Positions 38,801 to 56,544 of a stretch of DNA of 64,000 nucleotides are shown piece after piece. Numbering within the stretch: the stretch's first letter is position 1; each line of letters begins with the position of its first letter. This DNA comes from the human T2T-CHM13v2.0 reference genome, Homo sapiens, in assembly GCF_009914755.1 (NCBI RefSeq), contig NC_060939.1. The stretch is one strand, 5' to 3'. The notes beneath the pieces are model-generated. The model had not been told where the DNA came from and did no database searches. It saw only the letters and a program-made list of their open reading frames with translations. Made by a program: the position numbers and the translations under genes.

Positions 38801-41692
38801 ATTAGCTAGATTAACCAAGAAAAGAAGAGAGGAGATCCAAATTAGCTCAATTAGAAATGAAACTGGACACATTACAACTGACACCACAGAAATACAAAAG
38901 ATCATTTGAGACTACTATAAATATCTGTAGGTACACAAACTAGAAAACCTAGAGGAAATGGATGAATTCCTGGAAACATACAACCCTCCTAGATTAAATC
39001 AGGAAGAAATAGAAACCCTGAAGAGACCAATAACAAGCAGAGAGATTGAATCAGTAAAAAAAAAAAAATAAAAAAATAAAAAGAAAAAAAATGCTAGCAG
39101 AAAAAAAGCCCAGGGCCAGATGGATTTACAGCTGAATTCTCCCAGACATTCAAGGAAGAATTGGTATCAATCCTACTGAAACTGTTCCAAAAGATTGAGA
39201 AAAAAGAAACCCTCCCTAAATTATTCTGTGAAGCCAGTATCACCTTGATACCAAAACCAGGAAAGGACATAACAAAAAAGAAACTACAATCAATATCCCT
39301 GATGAACATGGGTGCAAAAATTCTCAACCAAATACTAGCTAACTGAATCCCACAGCACATCAAAAAGATAATACACCATGATCAAGTTGGTTTCATCCCA
39401 GGGATGCAGGGATGATTTAACATATGCAAGTCAATAAATGCGATACGTCACATGAAGAGAATTAAAAACAAAAAATATATGATCATCTCAAAAGATGCAG
39501 AAAAAGCACTCAACAAAATCCGTCATCCCTTTGTCATAAAAACCCCTAACAAACTAGGTAAAGAAAGGACTCACCTCAATTAATAAAAGCCACTATGACA
39601 AACCCACAGTCAACATCATATTGAATGAGGAAAAGTTCAAAGCATTCCCCCCTGAAACTGGAACAAGACAAGGATGCCCACTCTCACCACTTCTATTCAA
39701 CATAGTACTAGAGGTACTAGCCAGAGCAATCAGGCAAGAGAAAGAAATAAAAGTCATCCAAAGAGGAAGTCAAAACTATCACAGTTTTCTGTTAATATGA
39801 TCATATACCTAGAAAACTTTAAAAACTCCTAGATTTAATAAACAAATTAAATCAAGTGTCAGGTTACAAAATCAATGTGCACAAATCAGTAGCCCTGCTA
39901 AATGCCAACAACAACCAAGCTGAGAATCAAACCAGGAACTCAATCCCATTTACAACAGCTTCAAAAATAAAATAAAATACCTAGGAACACACTTAAACAA
40001 GGAGGTGAAACATCTCTATAAGAAGAACTGCAAAACACTGCTGAAAGAAATCATAGATGACATAAACAACTGGAAACACATCCCATGCTCATGGATTGGA
40101 ATCAACATTGTGAAAATGACCACACTAACCAAAGCAATCTATAGATTTGATGCAGTTCCCATCAAAATACCAATATCATTTTTCAGAATTAGAAAAAAAA
40201 TCCTAAAATTCATATAAAGACCAAAGAAGAGTCCAAATAGCCAAAGCAACCATAAGCAAAAAGAATAAATATGTAGGCACCACATTACCAGACTTCAAGT
40301 TACACTACAAGGCTATAGTTACCAAAACAGTGTGGTACTGGTATAAAAGTAGGCACATAGACCAATGGAACAGAATAGAGAACCCAGAAATAAAGCCAAA
40401 TACATACACCCAACTGATCTTCAACAACACATACAGAAATATCAACTGGGAAAAGGACACCCTATTTAATGAATGGTGCTGAGAAAATTGGCTAGCCACA
40501 GGTAGAAGAATGGAACTGGATCCCTCTCTCTCACTTTATATAAAAATCAACTTAAGATAGATCAAAGACTTAAGTATAAGACCTGAAACCATAAACATTT
40601 TGGAAGATAATCTTGAAAAAAAACTCTTCTGGAGATTGGTCTAGGGAAAAAATTCATGGCTAAGACCCCAAAGACAAATGCAACAAGAATAAATGGGACC
40701 CGATGAAACTAAAATGCTTCAGCACAGCAAGAGAAATAATCATCAGCACAGACAATTCACAGAATAGGAGAAAATATTTGCAAACTACGCATCTGACAAA
40801 AACCAGTATCCAGAATCTACAAGGAACTCAAATCAGCATGAAAAAAAAGATCCCGTCAAAAAGTGAGCAAATGATATGAACAGACATTTCTCAAAAGAAG
40901 ATCTACAAATGGCCAAACATATTTGGAAAATGCTCAACATTGCCATCACCAGGGAAATGCAAATTAAAACCACAATGTGATACCACCTTACTTCTGTAAG
41001 AATGGCCATTATTAAAACGTCAAAAAACAATGGCTGTTGGCGTAGATATGGTGAAAGGGGAATGCTTATACACTGCTGGTAGGAATGCAAATTAATAGAA
41101 CTCTATGGAAAACAGTATGGAAATCCCTTGAAGAGCTAGAAGTAGTCCTATCATTTGATCCAGCAATCCCACTACTGGGTATCTACCCAGTGGAGAAGGA
41201 GTCATCATATGAAAAAGACACACATGTATGTTTATTGCAGCACAATTCACAATTGCAAAGATATGAAACCAACCTAAGTGCTCAATGACCAATGAGTAAG
41301 AAGGATAAAGAAAATGTGGTATATATACACCATGGAACACTACTCAGCTATATAAAGAAATGAAATAATGTCATTTGCAGCAGCTTGGATGAAGCTGGAG
41401 GCCATTATTCTAAGTGAAGTCACTCAGGAATGGAAAACCAAATTCTGTATGTTTTCACTTATAGGTGGGAGCTAAGCTATGAGTACGCAAAGGTGTACAA
41501 AATGGTAAAATGGACTTTGGAAATGTAGAAGGGAAAAGATGGGATAAAAGAAACAACTGCATATTGGGTATGATGTGTATTACTTGGGTGCAATAAAATC
41601 TCAGAATTCTCCACTATATAATTCTTCCATGTAAACAAAAACCACATGTATCCCAAAAGTTGGTGAAATAAAATATTAAAAAGTAAGTAAAA
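32830..41692 (+). mobile_element. near full-length L1PB (5'UTR, ORF1 ~34720-35643, ORF2 ~35755-41420, 3'UTR), inactive
   Basis: ORF1 peptide DFSAETLQARGDWG..QPRILYPAK, ORF2 start [18 protein letters not shown]1PB-type 3'UTR. Many stops. Confidence 0.9.
36037..37974 (+). mobile_element. MER4-group ERV internal 3' part plus LTR8 lacking U5 (LTR 37369-37974)
   Basis: PPT-like AAAGGGAG, then TGAAACTGCCATTGCAAAATTATAACTGAG (LTR8 start). Ends 14 nt after AATAAA. Confidence 0.8.
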
Positions 41693-41780
41693 AATAAAAC
41701 CATTGAATTGCACACTTTAATAGATTGTTGGTGTGCGATTTTTATCTCAATGAAACATCTTTAAAGTTACCTTGAATTAC

Positions 41781-42027
41781 AAGATTTCATTGTTTTTATG
41801 GCTGAATAGTATTCCATTGTGTATATATACATTTTCTTTATTCACTTAGCACTGTAGGATGCCTATAGTTAACATAGTAATATATGACATACATTCAAGT
41901 AGCTAGAGGAAACATATTGAATGTTCCCAACACAAAGAAAGAATGTTTGAGATGACTGATATGCTAATTACTCTGATCTATGTACCCTAAAAATATGTAC
42001 AATTATAATCAATTTAAAAATAAAATA
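41781..42027 (+). mobile_element. short L1MA 3' end with an inverted 5' piece (41781-41846)
   Basis: Antisense L1 segment directly joined to a sense L1MA 3'UTR. Confidence 0.6.
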
Positions 42028-42034
42028 ACATATA

Positions 42035-42320
42035 GGCCGGGCACGATGGCTCGCGCATCTAATCCCAGCAATTTGGGAGGCAGAGGCGGGTGGATCACCC
42101 GGTCAGGAATTCAAAACCAGCCTGCCCAACATCGTGAAACCCTGTCTCTACTAAAAATACAAAAATTAGCCAGGCATAGTGGCGCGTGCCTGTAATTCCA
42201 GCTACTCAGGAGTCTGAGGCAGGAGACTTGCTTGAACCTGGGAGGCGGACGTTTTGGTGAGCCGAGATTGCGCCACTGTACTCCAGCCTGGACGATGCAA
42301 TGAGACTCTGTCTCAAAAAA
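42035..42320 (+). mobile_element. AluS (Sg-like)
   Basis: GGCCGGGCACGATGGCTC...TCTCAAAAAA. Confidence 0.95.
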
Positions 42321-42741
42321 TAATCAAATATTTTAAAAGTTGCCATGGCCAAATAACATCTCTAGCTTTAAGGTTCCGTCAATTTCCCAAACCGTTAATG
42401 AAACAGAAAAACATACTCTGAATTACTACTATGTCAAGCAAAAAGCAAATATCTTACAAATCCAGTAAGTCCAGATTATCTAGAAAGAAGAATTAGATTG
42501 GCCTCAGTTCTCTCTCTTTCTTAATTCTAAACACCAGAAGAAAATGCTATACAAGCCTTGTTTCCAGGGTTTCAGGCTATTATGCACATGGGAGAACAGC
42601 AGAAAATATTCTACGCAAGCAGATACTTAACGCATTCACCCAAACACTCCTGCCTGAAGCAATAACTGATAAATTCTCCTACCTACCAAATAAGGGACTT
42701 AAAAAACTAAAGATCCTAAAGAATGAAGAGATATCATATAC

Positions 42742-43128
42742 ACACAGTCCAAGTTAGGATAGTTCAAGTTAACTGTTTTTTTTTTTTGACTTTACAATGG
42801 TATGAAAGTGATACACATTCAGTAGAAACCATGCTTCAAGTACTAAATTATACATACATAATTATATAACCATACTGTTTTTTACTGCCAGTATAGTATT
42901 CAATCAATTATGTGAGATCCTCAACACTTTATCATAAAATAGGCTTTGTCTTAGATGATTTTGCCCAAATGTAGGCTAACGTCATCATTCTGAGCACGTT
43001 TGAGGTAGGCTAGGCTAAGCTATGATGTTCAGTAGGATAGATGTATTAAATGCACTTCTACCTATGATATCTTTGATTTACAGTGGATTTCTTGGGACAG
43101 AGCCCCATCGTAAATTGAGGAATGTCTG
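42742..43128 (-). mobile_element. MER47A-like Tigger MITE
   Basis: GTAGGCTAGGCTAAGCTATGATGTTC and CATTCAGTAGAAACC match MER47A in reverse. Confidence 0.8.
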
Positions 43129-43259
43129 TATAAGAACAGGCATAGACCATTGTAGAGTGGATGTGAACCTGTAAAGAAACACCGGGCTGCATGAAGCCAA
43201 GCAGTGGTCAAGGGAGTTTTAGTGACAGTGGAAAATTTGTTTATGCCCCACTAAATTTC

Positions 43260-43665
43260 CTGGTAGCTATCTATTACTGAGTGCCCATTGTGGGCAAGGT
43301 ACCTAATTAAAAATATTGCTTTTATTATCATGTTTAATCCTCTCAATGACCCTATTAAGAAAGCATTGTTACTTCCATATTGCTGAGGAGGAAACCAAGG
43401 CGTAGAGCAGGGTTGTAAATATTAAAATTATTCAACCTTTAAATATTAAAATTATTCAGCGCTTTTGACATTTGAGGCCAGATAATTCTTTATGATGGGG
43501 CTGTGCATTGTAGGATGTTTAGCAGCATCCGTGGCACTAGATTCCAGTAGTGTCTCCAGACGTTGCCAACTGTCCCCTGGGTGGCAAAGTTGACCCCAGT
43601 TATGAACCACTGCCTTAGAGTGATTAAACGTTTACCCAGTTCAAAGCCAGACCTGTCTGATTGCA
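43260..43665 (-). mobile_element. MIR, interrupted by MER20
   Basis: TTACTGAGTGCC..TTAATCCTCTCAA..GAGGAAACCAAGGC..TTCAAAGCCAGAC. Confidence 0.6.
43408..43612 (-). mobile_element. MER20 hAT MITE
   Basis: CAGGGTT...AACCACTG ends, imperfect 8-bp TSD GCGTAGAG/CCTTAGAG, internal 23-bp-period duplication of TAAATATTAAAATTATTCA. Confidence 0.85.
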
Positions 43666-45909
43666 AATATTGCTATGGGGTAAAGAACTAGTCACATATT
43701 TATAGAAAAACCATTCTAGAATTCTGGAAGCCCGAGTTCTTATCTTCGTGCCCCCACTAGTAGCTTTCTAACCCTGCCTAATGATGCCACATCCAGCCTC
43801 TGACGCCCTTGTCTGCAGTAACCCATGTGGCAGTCAGGTCTAGGGAACTCCAAACTGTTGAGGTTGATGCTCTGAGGTGTCCAGAGCTGAGCCATGCTGA
43901 GGAGAACAAAGCTCCTTTGAACTCACACTATTTCAGCCACATCAAACAGGATTTCTCTGAACTCTTGAAGTGCTCTTAATATGATTTCAGTCTCCTAAGA
44001 AAAGATCCAGTTCCCTTTCCTTAATTAGGCAGGCTGTCCAGTTAAAATGATAGATTTTCTTGTGAGTAATATTGTGACTTGGCATTGCTCTTAGTCCTTA
44101 CACAGAGCCCAGGAAAAATTAAAAACCAAGAAAGACACAATTATCGATGGAGAGGCTACCAGGGTCCCTTGTCCAGGTCACTTCATGCACCAGGAAGGTT
44201 GGATAATTTTACTATTTAGCCTATGCCAAAGAAAACTGGGGATGATAAATCTGCTGTCTCTGAATATCTTATAATGCTTTCTAACAAAAAAGCCCTTTTA
44301 ATTCAGAGTAATTATAAAAGAGTTTCCTTAGAATTAGAGATCACGTTTCAAGAAATGTAGCTTTATGCTTTCTGGAGTATAACAATAACTTCTACCAACA
44401 GCTCCAAAGAGCTCCAAAGTGGTTCCCAAGGGAGATTCAACTGGAATAGCTTTAACGAACTTAGGACTATTTGAAATAGCATGTTAGAAACTTTCATGTA
44501 GACTATAAAATTTTAGATCTACTCTATTTGAATGATCAGAAATTCCACATTTTGAAATCTGACTTGTTTTAATTTCAAACATTTTTCTCTGTATTATGTC
44601 AAACCCTTATTACATGGATAGACCTTCTCTTTATTACAGTAGGTAATTGAAAGTTAAATATATGCATTTTCAGACAGCATGATGAATATGTGCATTCGAT
44701 TCCAGTTTATCCTATAGGAGTTCTTCTTTAGCCATGAACCTTCCACCGAAATAAAATTATTTCTCCACTGGCAAAAGAGAAATACAATTAAGCCACATTA
44801 CAAAACACTCAATTTAACCTCTCAGATCTAAGGTGATACAAAGGAACTAAAGAACTAAGGTTAAATTTGTGAGAACTATGGTAAAATTAGGATTTCAACC
44901 ATCTCTCTATTATAGGTGAAAGAAAGTACAAAATCAAGCACAGTTGGATCTTGTTAGGTGATGCATAATTCCCAAACTTCCTGGTTTGAAGATCTCTTCA
45001 GCAGAGAAAGATTATGTGATACATTCATCAAAATATCTAGATCGGTGCCACCAAACCATTCATTCCTCCATTTAATAATTATTTTTTGAACACTTACTGT
45101 ATGTCAGACACAGGGCTTGGCTCTGAAGCAGGGTATATCCAGTTGCTTGACTGCTGGTCAAATTAGTGGTTTTATTAAACCACACATGGCTTAGCAATGA
45201 GACCTGTTTCTTTCCCTCTTATGACTAGATATTATTCAGGAGAAATTTCTAAAACTTAAATATTAAGTGGCTCTGGGGGGAAGGATCACTATATTTCTGT
45301 TACTCAGATGCTCTCAGGGGTGTGATGTGCACACAGTCCACATGGGGGCTATTCACATTCATTGTTCTCTAGCCTTGGTCCAGATACTGGCCCCATGATC
45401 TCAGAGGGTGGTGGGAACCCACCTTCCACCAACCCCTTAGTCCTGAGCACAGGCTAGATTCTATAACATAATTTAGCAGAATAGGGAAAATGGCATTGCT
45501 TTTATGAGATGCCCCTGAAGAAATTCCAATAGTTTATCATTAGTAAAATTGTATCTTACGTATCACATGTATGTTCAGGTCAAGAGACCTGCCCACAGGA
45601 CTCCCAGAGAGTCTTTACGAGTCACAACTAATCTCAAACTCTACTTAAATACCATGATATGGATTCATCTTCTGATGGCCATGCAAAAGAATCTTTTCAT
45701 GTTGATTTTGTGGTTTCTATAAATTTCACATGTAAACTATTGAATCTGAAGCTAAAAGCTGTCAACTCTGATGGGTCATTTCACTGCCCGTTTGATTCTT
45801 GTTCCTGTGCCTAACTCCCCACCACGTTCCCAGCTGCTCCCACTCCCGGGCTGGCAACTATTGCTGGAGTCATCAAGACAAATGATCCCATCACAACCCA
45901 GGCTTTAGT

Positions 45910-47140
45910 CAGTTAGTTTATTCATTCAACCAAAATGCATTAAGAGTTCTGATGTGCTATTCCTGTGCTAGGTGCAGGAGATGCAAAGATGACTGAAACA
46001 ATTTCCTATTTCTCCATGAGCTTACCATCTATTCGGGGACATAGATGAGTAGAAGATAAATAGAGTAGAACGTACTAAATGCATACAAGGGGTAAAGAAA
46101 CAGAAATGGGATGCCTAACCCATCCTTGAGTGGTCACAGAAGACTTCTGACAAAGTCTATGCTGGATCTAAATTAGCAAGTAAACAGCCAAGGAGGGCAG
46201 CGGGGAGTGAGGATATAACTTGTGTCAAGTCCTGGGAGTTTGGGGAGGAGGCAGGAGCTTGAGTCCATGGGTAGAGCACAGAGAGTGAGATGTAGAATGT
46301 CAAGAGATAAAGCAGAAGCAGATCCTGCAGGGCCTTGTATGGAAACTTAGAGAACAACAAGGAGCAATGAGAGGATTTCACTTGGGTGACTGATGTGATC
46401 AATGTTCATTTTACTAAGAGTTGCAATGTCACCCAAATATTGATACATGGTCAAGCACTGCCGGTTGCCTCCTCAATATCCCCTTTCCTCTTCTTTATCA
46501 ATAGAACCTCTATTTATTGGGAACAGCAATATTTCCAATTAAACTATTTTTCTTGGCTTCCATTGCAAATAGGGGGCTCCGTGAGCTGCAAGTAGAATTT
46601 GTGGGGATAAGGCTCCTGGAAAAACCTCTTAGAGGGGGACTGATGGCAAGGCATACTCTGCCCCTGTTCTCTTCCTCCTTGCTGTGAATGGGATGGCCTT
46701 AGCAACAGTGCCCATTTTGCTATCGTGAGGCAGCCTTGAGGATGGAAGCCACATGCTTAGAATGGCAAAGCGGAAACACAGTCCTCTTGTCCATGGAGAT
46801 GGCGTACCAGCCCTAGGAGTCTCTTTAGCTTCAGACCTCCTCTACTGGAGGAAAAAAATATATGTATCTTTATTTTACGTTGCTGTGATTTGTACTTACT
46901 TTTATAGGCAGCAGAAAATTAATCATAACCAATAAGGAAGGAAAGCACAGCTAGAAGAGATGCATCCACAGGTTTCTGCAAGATGACAGGTGGTAGCCTC
47001 AACTCAGCAGTAAATGGGGTACAGAAGAGTGGATAGATGTGAGAAATATTAATGAAGTATGATGAACAAGACTGGTGATTGATTGGAGGCAGGTGATGAG
47101 AGGGAATCTGAGTTCCGACTTTCTGGTTTTAGACAATGGA
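45910..47140 (-). mobile_element. L2 fragment, with a probable old MLT1 LTR at ~46430-46930
   Basis: ATTCATTCAA tail, CTGTGCTAGGTGCaGGAGAT and GCAGATCCTGCAGGGCCTTG L2 motifs. Confidence 0.65.
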
Positions 47141-48329
47141 GGTAATAAATCATCATCTGTTTACAATAAACTCTCAAGATGTTTGCTATTGAAACGTAGA
47201 CAGTCTGAAAAATCCCTCAAATCTTCACTCAGCTTTCAACCATGCCCTCTCAACAAAACATGTAATAAACTCCATAAGACTTCAAGCAAACTTTTAAATC
47301 AGACTTATCAAATCACATCCCCAAACACTTTGAAGTATAAAAGACTTTAACTTCAAGGGAAATTTATGTTAGCTATTTTCCTTAAAAATTGAATGTGCTA
47401 TGAAAATTTCATGGTGGAATTCCTTTCTAGAACTCTTAGTCCCTTTAAAAGTAAGACTTAGGTTAACTGGAAAAAGGAGAGAAATGAAGACTTTAGCAGT
47501 TTAATTCTTATCCCCCTTGTCAAGGGGCAAGCTATCTATCCTTTAATAGCTAAGACATCTTCACCTACATAAATCTGTAGATTATTATATCATTTATAGT
47601 TGTCCAGGAAAGAATTTACATTTAGAAAATACAGAGAAGTGGTATGATTTTTAGAGGTTTCCTCTATTCCTAAAGTGTTCCCAACATTGTATAGCTAAAA
47701 TTTTACACATCTTTTTCGGTCCAACTCAATGTTATCTCTCTCCTGAAGCCTGTTGCAACCACTAAACTGGAAGCAGCTCTTTTTTCTCTCAACATGCATG
47801 CTTTTTAGACTATTGGATACCAATAGCTGATTTAACTGGGCCAGGGTAATCAGTTAGGAATATTACGCATGTTATATCCATAAAACCAATTATCTTACTC
47901 CTAAGGAAGGACTCTAGGGTTTTTCTTCCATTTTCACAAAGCAGAAAATTTGGTTTTTACATTGCAGCAACCCTTCATTGTTGTGTGGGGCACTAAATAC
48001 ATCGAAACTTACTTATGACACACTTTGCTTTCAATGTCACGTTTCAGCTATCATATCCATTCTAGTCATTTCATTTTTGCAGTCTTGTAGGAAATTGAAA
48101 GATGTTAAAGAACAAGGTATTTAGTCATTTTATTGCCTGAACTGGAAAGATGGGAGAAGGACAGAAGATACAGCGGGGAAACTTTGCTTGACTTATCCCT
48201 TCAAAAAATCTGAAAAATGGGAGGAATTTATGACCGTTCTTAGCACTACTCAAGGTACTGGAAAGTCATTTTGTACTTGAACAAGTATTTCTTGAGCACT
48301 CTTTCTGTTACGTGCCAGAGGAGCCGTGG

Positions 48330-48524
48330 CAGTGGTGTGCTGGACCAGCCCTTTCAGCTGGCAAGGGTCCACTCTTAAAATTCCAGGGAATTTTTTTGAG
48401 CCAATTGTTAGGGCATTGGTAGCTTGAAATTGGCCACAATTGGAGTATTTGCGTGGCAGAAGTTGGCAAACAGTACAGATCAGGGCTTTTTACTTTAAGG
48501 GAGCCGGTTTACCAGCATCCACTG
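48330..48524 (+). mobile_element. MER63A hAT MITE
   Basis: TIRs CAGTGGTGTGCTGG / CCAGCATCCACTG and core TTGGTAGCTTGAAATTGGCCA. Confidence 0.85.
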
Positions 48525-50384
48525 GTAATACAGTCATGAGCAAGATGCATTTTAAGTCCTTAGGTATTTGCTTCCTAGATGGGAAATAAGACAAGTGCAG
48601 CAACAGTCAGAACACAGGCGGCATTTACTGGGCTCTAATCCATAGGTTGTTAGGATATGTGAGGCTCAGTCCACAGCAACACTGCACTCAAATATAGTCA
48701 CAAAAGAATTATAATCGTGTGACATATAATACAAATCCAAGAGTATCACATAACACAAATCTTAGAACATATATCTCTGACAATATGATCTGAAATTCTG
48801 ATGGCAAATTAGGTAACAATTCTGCATCACGCACACACACACACGCACACACACACACTTTAAAATGAATACATTGGGAAGATAAATTCCACGAGGCAAT
48901 GATTGAAAAGGAGGTTAAAAGGAAGTAGGGGCTAAGAAGGCAAGTGAACACAGGCATTGCCATGGAGTCCTCCGTGCGTGATTACTTGCTTAGTCTAGGT
49001 TCTAGGTACAGTGTTTTGTTTTGCTTTGTTTTGTTTTTTGTTTTTTTAAATAAAGCCACTCCTGAGCCATAAGCTAGCTTATATATAGTAGCCAAACAAT
49101 CCACATGTGTCCCAAAACCTCTCCCGGAGAATTCTACTTAACAAAGACCTGGTCCGTAAGTTACTACCAGTCTCTGGGAGAAACAAATACTCCCTAGACA
49201 AATGCAGCCTTATTCCTGGTTTGGAGAAATTAAAATGAATCTCAAAAAGTACAACTTCACAAATAATCACAAGACATAAATTATCCTAAGCAGAAAAAAG
49301 GCTGCAGTGACAGACCACATTAAGATAGATTTCATATAACAGAATTATCAGATATAATATATAAATAAGGATGTTAAACATGGTTAAAGAAGAATTAAGA
49401 GGTGAGTAAAAGTAAAGTCTATTAGAAGTTAACAAGCAGATTTGAAAAAATTTCTAAGAATAAAAATATAATTTAGTTTTAAAATCCCATGGAAAGGTTA
49501 AAGAACATAATAAAATTAAATGAAATTTGTGAACTAAAAGGTAGATCTGTACTTTTGGAGACTCTTTAATTATTAGACATTCCTTTCACGAGGAATTAAA
49601 GCACATAAACCCTTAAATTTTTGTGGGTACGTAATAGGCGTATGTATTTGTGGGGTACATGAGATACTTTGATACAGGCATGCAATATGAAATAATCACA
49701 TTATGGTAAATGGGGTATCTATCCCCTCAAGCATTTATCCTTTACGTTACAGTCCTATTATATTTAAAATGTACAATTATTAACCATAGTCACCTTTTTG
49801 TGCAATCAAATACCAGGTCTTATTCATTCTAACTACTTTTTGTACCCATTAACCATCCCTAATTCCCCTTCACCCGCTGGTAACCATCATTCTACTATGT
49901 CCATGAGTTCAATTATTTTAATTTTTAGTTCCCACAAATAAGTGGGAACGTGTGAAGTTTGTCTCTCTGCCTGGCTTATTTCACTTAACACAATGATCCC
50001 CAGTTCAGTCCATATTTTTGCAAATGACAGGATCTCATTCTTTTTTATGGCTGAATAGCACTCTGTTGTGTATATGTACCACATTTTTCTTACCCATTCA
50101 TCTGTTGATGGACAGTTAGGTTACTTCCAAATCTTAGCTATTGTGAACAATGCTACAAACAGATGTGGAAGTGTAGATATCTCTTAGATATACTGATTTC
50201 TTTTCTTCTGAGTATACACCCAGTGGAGGGGTTGCTGGATTGTATGGTAGCTCTACTTTTAGTTTTTTGAGGAATCTCCATCCAACCTGTTCTCCATAGT
50301 GGTTGTACTAATTTATATTTTGACTAACAGTGTACAAGGGTTCCCTTTTCTTCACATTCTCACCAGCATTTATTGCCTGTTTTT

Positions 50385-50725
<341 letters not shown>

Positions 50726-51237
50726 CTTATTGCCTGTTTTTAAAAAAAAAATAAAACAATTTTAACTGGGTGGAGATGGTATCTCATCGTAGTTTTTATG
50801 TGTATTTCTCTGATGATTGATGATGTTGAGCACCTTTTCATACGCCTGCTTGCCATCTGTATGTCTTTTGAAAAATGTCTATTCAGATCTTTTGCTCATT
50901 TTTGCCATCAGATTGGTAGTTTTTTTCCTATAGTTTGAGCTCCATACATATTTTGGTTATTGATCCCTTTTCAGATGGGCAGTTTGTGGATATTTTCTCC
51001 CATTCTGTGGGTTGTCTCTTCACTTTGTTGGTTGTATCCCTTGCTACACAGAAGCTTTTTAACTTGTTATGATCCTACTTGTTCACTTTTGCTTTGGTTA
51101 TTACTTAAGAAATTTGTGCTTGTGACTTATTATTCGAGAAATTTTTGCCCAATGTCCTGGAGAACTTCCTGTATTTTCATGTAATAGTTTCGCAGTTTGA
51201 GGTCTCAGATTTAAGTCTTTAATCCGTTTCGATTTTT

Positions 51238-54245
<3,008 letters not shown>

Positions 54246-54475
54246 CCATTTCGATTTTTATACATGGAGAGAGATAGAGGTCTAGTTTCAGTCTTTTGCA
54301 TTTGGATATCCTGGTTTCCCAGCACCATGTATTGAAGAGACTGTTTTTCCCCCAGTGTAGGTTCTTGGCATCTTTGTTGATAATGAGTTTACTGTAGGTG
54401 TATGGATTTGTTTACTGGTTCTCTATTCTGTTCCATTTGTCTATGGTCCATTTTTAAGCCAGTACCATTCTGTTT

Positions 54476-54539
54476 TAGTTACTATAGCTCTGTAGGGTAG
54501 TTACTATAGCTCTGTAGGGTAGTTACTATAGTTCTGTAG
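54476..54539 (+). repeat. 22-bp tandem repeat, about 3 copies
   Basis: Unit TAGTTACTATAGCTCTGTAGGG. Confidence 0.95.
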
Positions 54540-55253
54540 TATAATTTGAAGTTAGATAATTTGATTCCTCCAGTTTTGTTCTTTTTAGTCAGGATAGCTT
54601 AGGCTATCTGGGTCTTCTGTGGTCTCATATACGTTTTAGAATTTTTTTTCCTATTTCTGTGAAGAATGTCATTGGTATTTTGATAGGGATTGTACTGAAT
54701 CTGTAGATTGCTTTGGGTAGTATGAACATTTTAACAATATTGATTCTTCCAATTTATGAACATGAAATCTCTTTCCATTATTTTGTACCCTCTCTTCAAT
54801 TTCTTTCAGTACTTTATAGTTTTCATTGCAGGGATCTTGCACTTCTTTGGTTAATTTCTAGGTATTTGATTTTATTTGTGGCTACTGGAAATGGGGTTAC
54901 TTTTTAAATTTCTTTTTAGATCGTTCACTGTTGGTATATAGAAATGCTACCGATTTTTATATGTTGATTTTGTATCCTGCAACTTTACTGGATTTCTTTA
55001 TCAGTTCTAATAGTTTTTTGGTGAAGTCTTTAGGTTTTGCCAAATATAAGATCATATCTGCAAACAAGGATAATTTGACTTCTTCCTAATTTGGATGCCC
55101 TTTATTTCTTTCTCTTGTCTGATTACTCTGGCTAGGAATTCGAAGAATATTCTTATTTCATTCTCACTCTTTATATTTTCCACTTTTTATTATGAAAAGG
55201 TTTAAAATATAGAATGGTTGAAAGAATAGCAAAAAGTAAGAAAAAAACAGTTT

Positions 55254-55255
<2 letters not shown>

Positions 55256-55293
<38 letters not shown>
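55256..55293 (+). repeat. (AC)19 microsatellite
   Basis: Perfect AC run. Confidence 0.97.
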
Positions 55294-55295
<2 letters not shown>

Positions 55296-55649
55296 TTTTC
55301 CCTGAGCCATTTGAAAGTAAAGTGGAAATATCATAGCATTATGCTGTTAAATATTTCAGCATGCATCTAGGATCTAGGTTAAGAGTTGGAAGATGTGAGA
55401 TTACAGGCATGAAAGACTGAGCCATAATGTCTGAAAACCATCCAACTAGATGTCAGAGGTGGAGGAGAGGCAATATTTGAAAAGATAATGGTTTCAATTT
55501 TCCATAGTGATGAAAAGATAAATTTTAAGATTCAAGAAACCCAATGAATAGAAAAGAAAATAAAGAACCCCACAACTAGATACAACATAGTTAAGTTATA
55601 GAACACCGAAGAAAAATATCTTGAAATCATCAAGAAAGTGTTGAAATAA

Positions 55650-56020
<371 letters not shown>

Positions 56021-56544
56021 ACTGTGAGCCAGTATCTTTCAGGAATTAGGCTGAGCCCTAATCAAGTGTTTATACTTAGCATCTCTAATGTCATGAGAAA
56101 GTCAGACAAACCCAGAATGTGACAAATCTAGAATGTGTTTAAGAAAACTACATTCAAAAATGTCAACTTATTTTTTAAAAGTAAAAGGACAGTTTTAAGT
56201 TAAAAGAGATTTAATAACCAAATATGTGAACCTGATTATAAGGCAACAAAATTAGAAAAAAAAAACAAGCTATTATGTTGGAAGCAACTGAAAAATTCTG
56301 ATGAGATGATATCATGGAATCATTAATTTTTCTTCAGTGTGATAGTGGTATTGTGGTTTTATAGAAGAATCTCATTTTTAAGAGATGCATGCCAAAATAT
56401 TTAAGAATGAAATGTCGTAACATTTGCAGCTTACTTTCAGATGTTTCAGTAAACAAAATTAATTTTTAAAAATCTACTTGTACTATTTTTCTTTGTGTTC
56501 CCTTATCAGTATTTTAAACATTTTCATAATAAAAAGTTGGATAT

